Shown here in pieces: positions 62,089 to 64,000 of a stretch of DNA of 64,000 bases (its first letter is position 1; each line of letters begins with the position of its first letter). The notes beneath the pieces were generated by a model. The model was not told the origin of the DNA, made no database searches, and saw only the letters and a list, made by a program, of their open reading frames with translations. The stretch is from Vitrella brassicaformis CCMP3155. Taxonomy: Eukaryota; Protista; Chromerida. A program made the position numbers and the translations under genes. The stretch is taken from the NCBI GenBank assembly GCA_001179505.1, contig CDMY01000499.1:248001-312000 (forward strand), written 5' to 3'.

Positions 62089-64000
62089 ATGAGGGAAGCG
62101 AGGCAGCCCCCTGAGCCGTGCCCCTCAGCGCACGCCTCATCAGACAGCGACTCCGCCCAGCCTCGAAAGCGACGACGGCGGTTCATCCGCCGGTGGCTCA
62201 TGTGGGGATGGGCGACGCTGAGCCTATGCATGGTCCTGGAGGGCAGCCGCATCGCCCACGCTCTCTCAGCCGACTTTATGATCAGCGAGGGGAGAGGGAG
62301 AGGGCTATCCTCCGCAGCAGGTTACACTCACGGCTACGAGGGTCTGGGAGGGGTTCTGCACGCCGGCCCTCGTGTGCTCGACGTCCTGCTGCCCATTGCC
62401 GCCGCGATGGATAAAGTGCTGTCGCTTCCCTTTGTCGTCATCCAGATGGCTCTGCCGCTCACGGCCGTCGAGGCCGCTCCGGCACCAACACGTGGGCGGG
62501 GGAGAAAGGAAGAGAACACCATTATATTGGCGTTCAAGGACGATGACGGCAAGGGGGAGAGAAGGCGGCTTGGGGCAGAGGATCGGCGGGCGGCGAGGCG
62601 GGCATTCTGGCAGCGGTTTTCGTCGACCATTCTTCCGTCCGCTCTATCTCAATCGCCAGACGAGGGCGGGGATGCGGACGTACCCCCCTCTCGCGCATTG
62701 GGCGCCCTGCTTCCGCCCGGGGAGCTGCTGGACAGGCTGACGCTGCCGTTGAAAAGCCTTCTGCGACAGGAGGGAGACGGTGAGGACGCCAACATCGAGT
62801 CGGACTATCTCTCTGCGCTCAACATGGAGGTCTTGACGTTCCCCACCCCCGCCCCGGAGGACGACCGACCGGGGCCCTTCCCTTTGCCTTTGGACCGACT
62901 GCTGGCCAAGCTGAGGGCCGACCCCCTGGTTGAGAGTGCGAGTCATGACGAGGTTTTGGCCATGGACGGGGGTTGGAAGGAGCAGGCAGAGACGGAGGGG
63001 CAGAGTGAGGAGAGCATCGGGAGGGTGGAGGGAGAGTGGGAGAAGAGGACTGAGCTGTCGGCCAGCTTGGCGACGGCCGACCTCCCCAACGACCCGGATG
63101 TGCTGAAACAGGTGGGTGTGTGCGCCAACCAACAAGGCACACACATCATGGTATGGTTTGTGCGAATGGTTGTGTGTGTCCTGCTGATGCTCAGTGGGCG
63201 CACATGGACTCACGGGGGGTCGGCCTCAAGACGCCGGGTGAGTGGGCAAAGTGCGGTGGTGACGGAGATGAAATGAATGCTGCGAGTGTTTGTGTCCGTG
63301 TGCCCGTGTGTGCTCAGAGGCGTGGTCGATATGGACAGGTGTCCCCCAGGCCTCGGAAGATGACATGTACACCTACGACACCAACAAACAGATCGTCGCT
63401 GTCCTCGACAGGTAAGTGGCTGGCTGGGCGGGCGGGCGGGCGGGCGGGTACTCGACCAATTGGCGGACCATGCCTCCCTTGTTTGCAGCGGCGTGCAGTA
63501 TGATCATCTCGACTTGGCCGACAACATGTGGCGCAACGAGGCCGAGTGCAATGGCAAGAGGGGCATCGATGATGACCATAACGGATTCATCGTAACCACG
63601 CACCGCCATGCTCATGCTGATGCCAGTGGCCAGGCGGTGCACACACTCCTCTGTGTGTGTCGTTTAGGATGACTGTCACGGTTACGACTTCGTGGGCAAC
63701 ACCGGGCGGCCGTATGACGACAATGGGCACGGCACTCACACGGCGGGCGTCATTGCGGCCATCCCCAACAACAGGCGGGGCGTGGTCGGGGTGTGCTGGC
63801 GATGCAAGGTGGGCTGGGAAGGGACGACAGGACACACACACACACACATGGATGGATGGATGGATGGATGGATGGCTTCATCGTGTGTCAGATCATGGCT
63901 GTGAAGGTCCTTGACAAAGAGTGAGTGACATACGTGACAGAGGCGAAGCGGGCAGAGAAACATCGATCACATCTATATCTATATATCGCTCTGTCTCTCT
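62089..64000 (+). CDS. Subtilisin-like serine protease (S8), 3'-truncated by the window edge
   Basis: Basic stretch plus hydrophobic segment near the N-terminus, long prodomain, LPNDP, catalytic Asp in IVAVLD|SG (63407-63409), DLADNMWRN...DDDHNGF, catalytic His in HGTHTAG (63728-63730). The catalytic Ser lies beyond the window. Confidence 0.9.

Overview
Intron-rich, GC-rich eukaryotic genomic DNA with short introns full of AC/GT/GACA/GGAT microsatellites and three 300-N scaffold gaps. Intron style, Apple domains, an ankyrin-HDAC and expanded ankyrin/F-box-like families point to a chromerid alveolate such as Vitrella brassicaformis; this is inference, not a database result. All gene models were spliced by hand. 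Headline: a 17-exon gene (2369-6597) encodes one ~898-aa reading frame fusing a complete cysteine dioxygenase (all Fe ligands plus the Cys-Tyr pair) to a PLP group II decarboxylase of the CSAD/GAD family, i.e. a candidate one-polypeptide cysteine-to-hypotaurine (taurine) pathway with a non-canonical substrate-selectivity motif. Second: many introns carry AC repeats near the donor and complementary GT repeats near the acceptor, polarised with transcription on both strands, suggesting structure-bridged splicing. Other genes: secreted SMP-30/gluconolactonase; 3xApple-GH3 glucosidase; three ankyrin paralogues with different C-termini (RING, unknown, TPR-SET); a duplicated, decaying ankyrin-HDAC locus (full-length copy has Asn at a Zn-ligand Asp) with a trapped, apparently catalytically dead PARG-like macrodomain; eRF1 head-to-head with CASC3/Barentsz; a kinase-SH3 pseudogene; QDPR head-to-head with LUC7 with a copia RT remnant between them; a subtilisin running off the right edge. 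No rRNA, tRNA or CRISPR seen.
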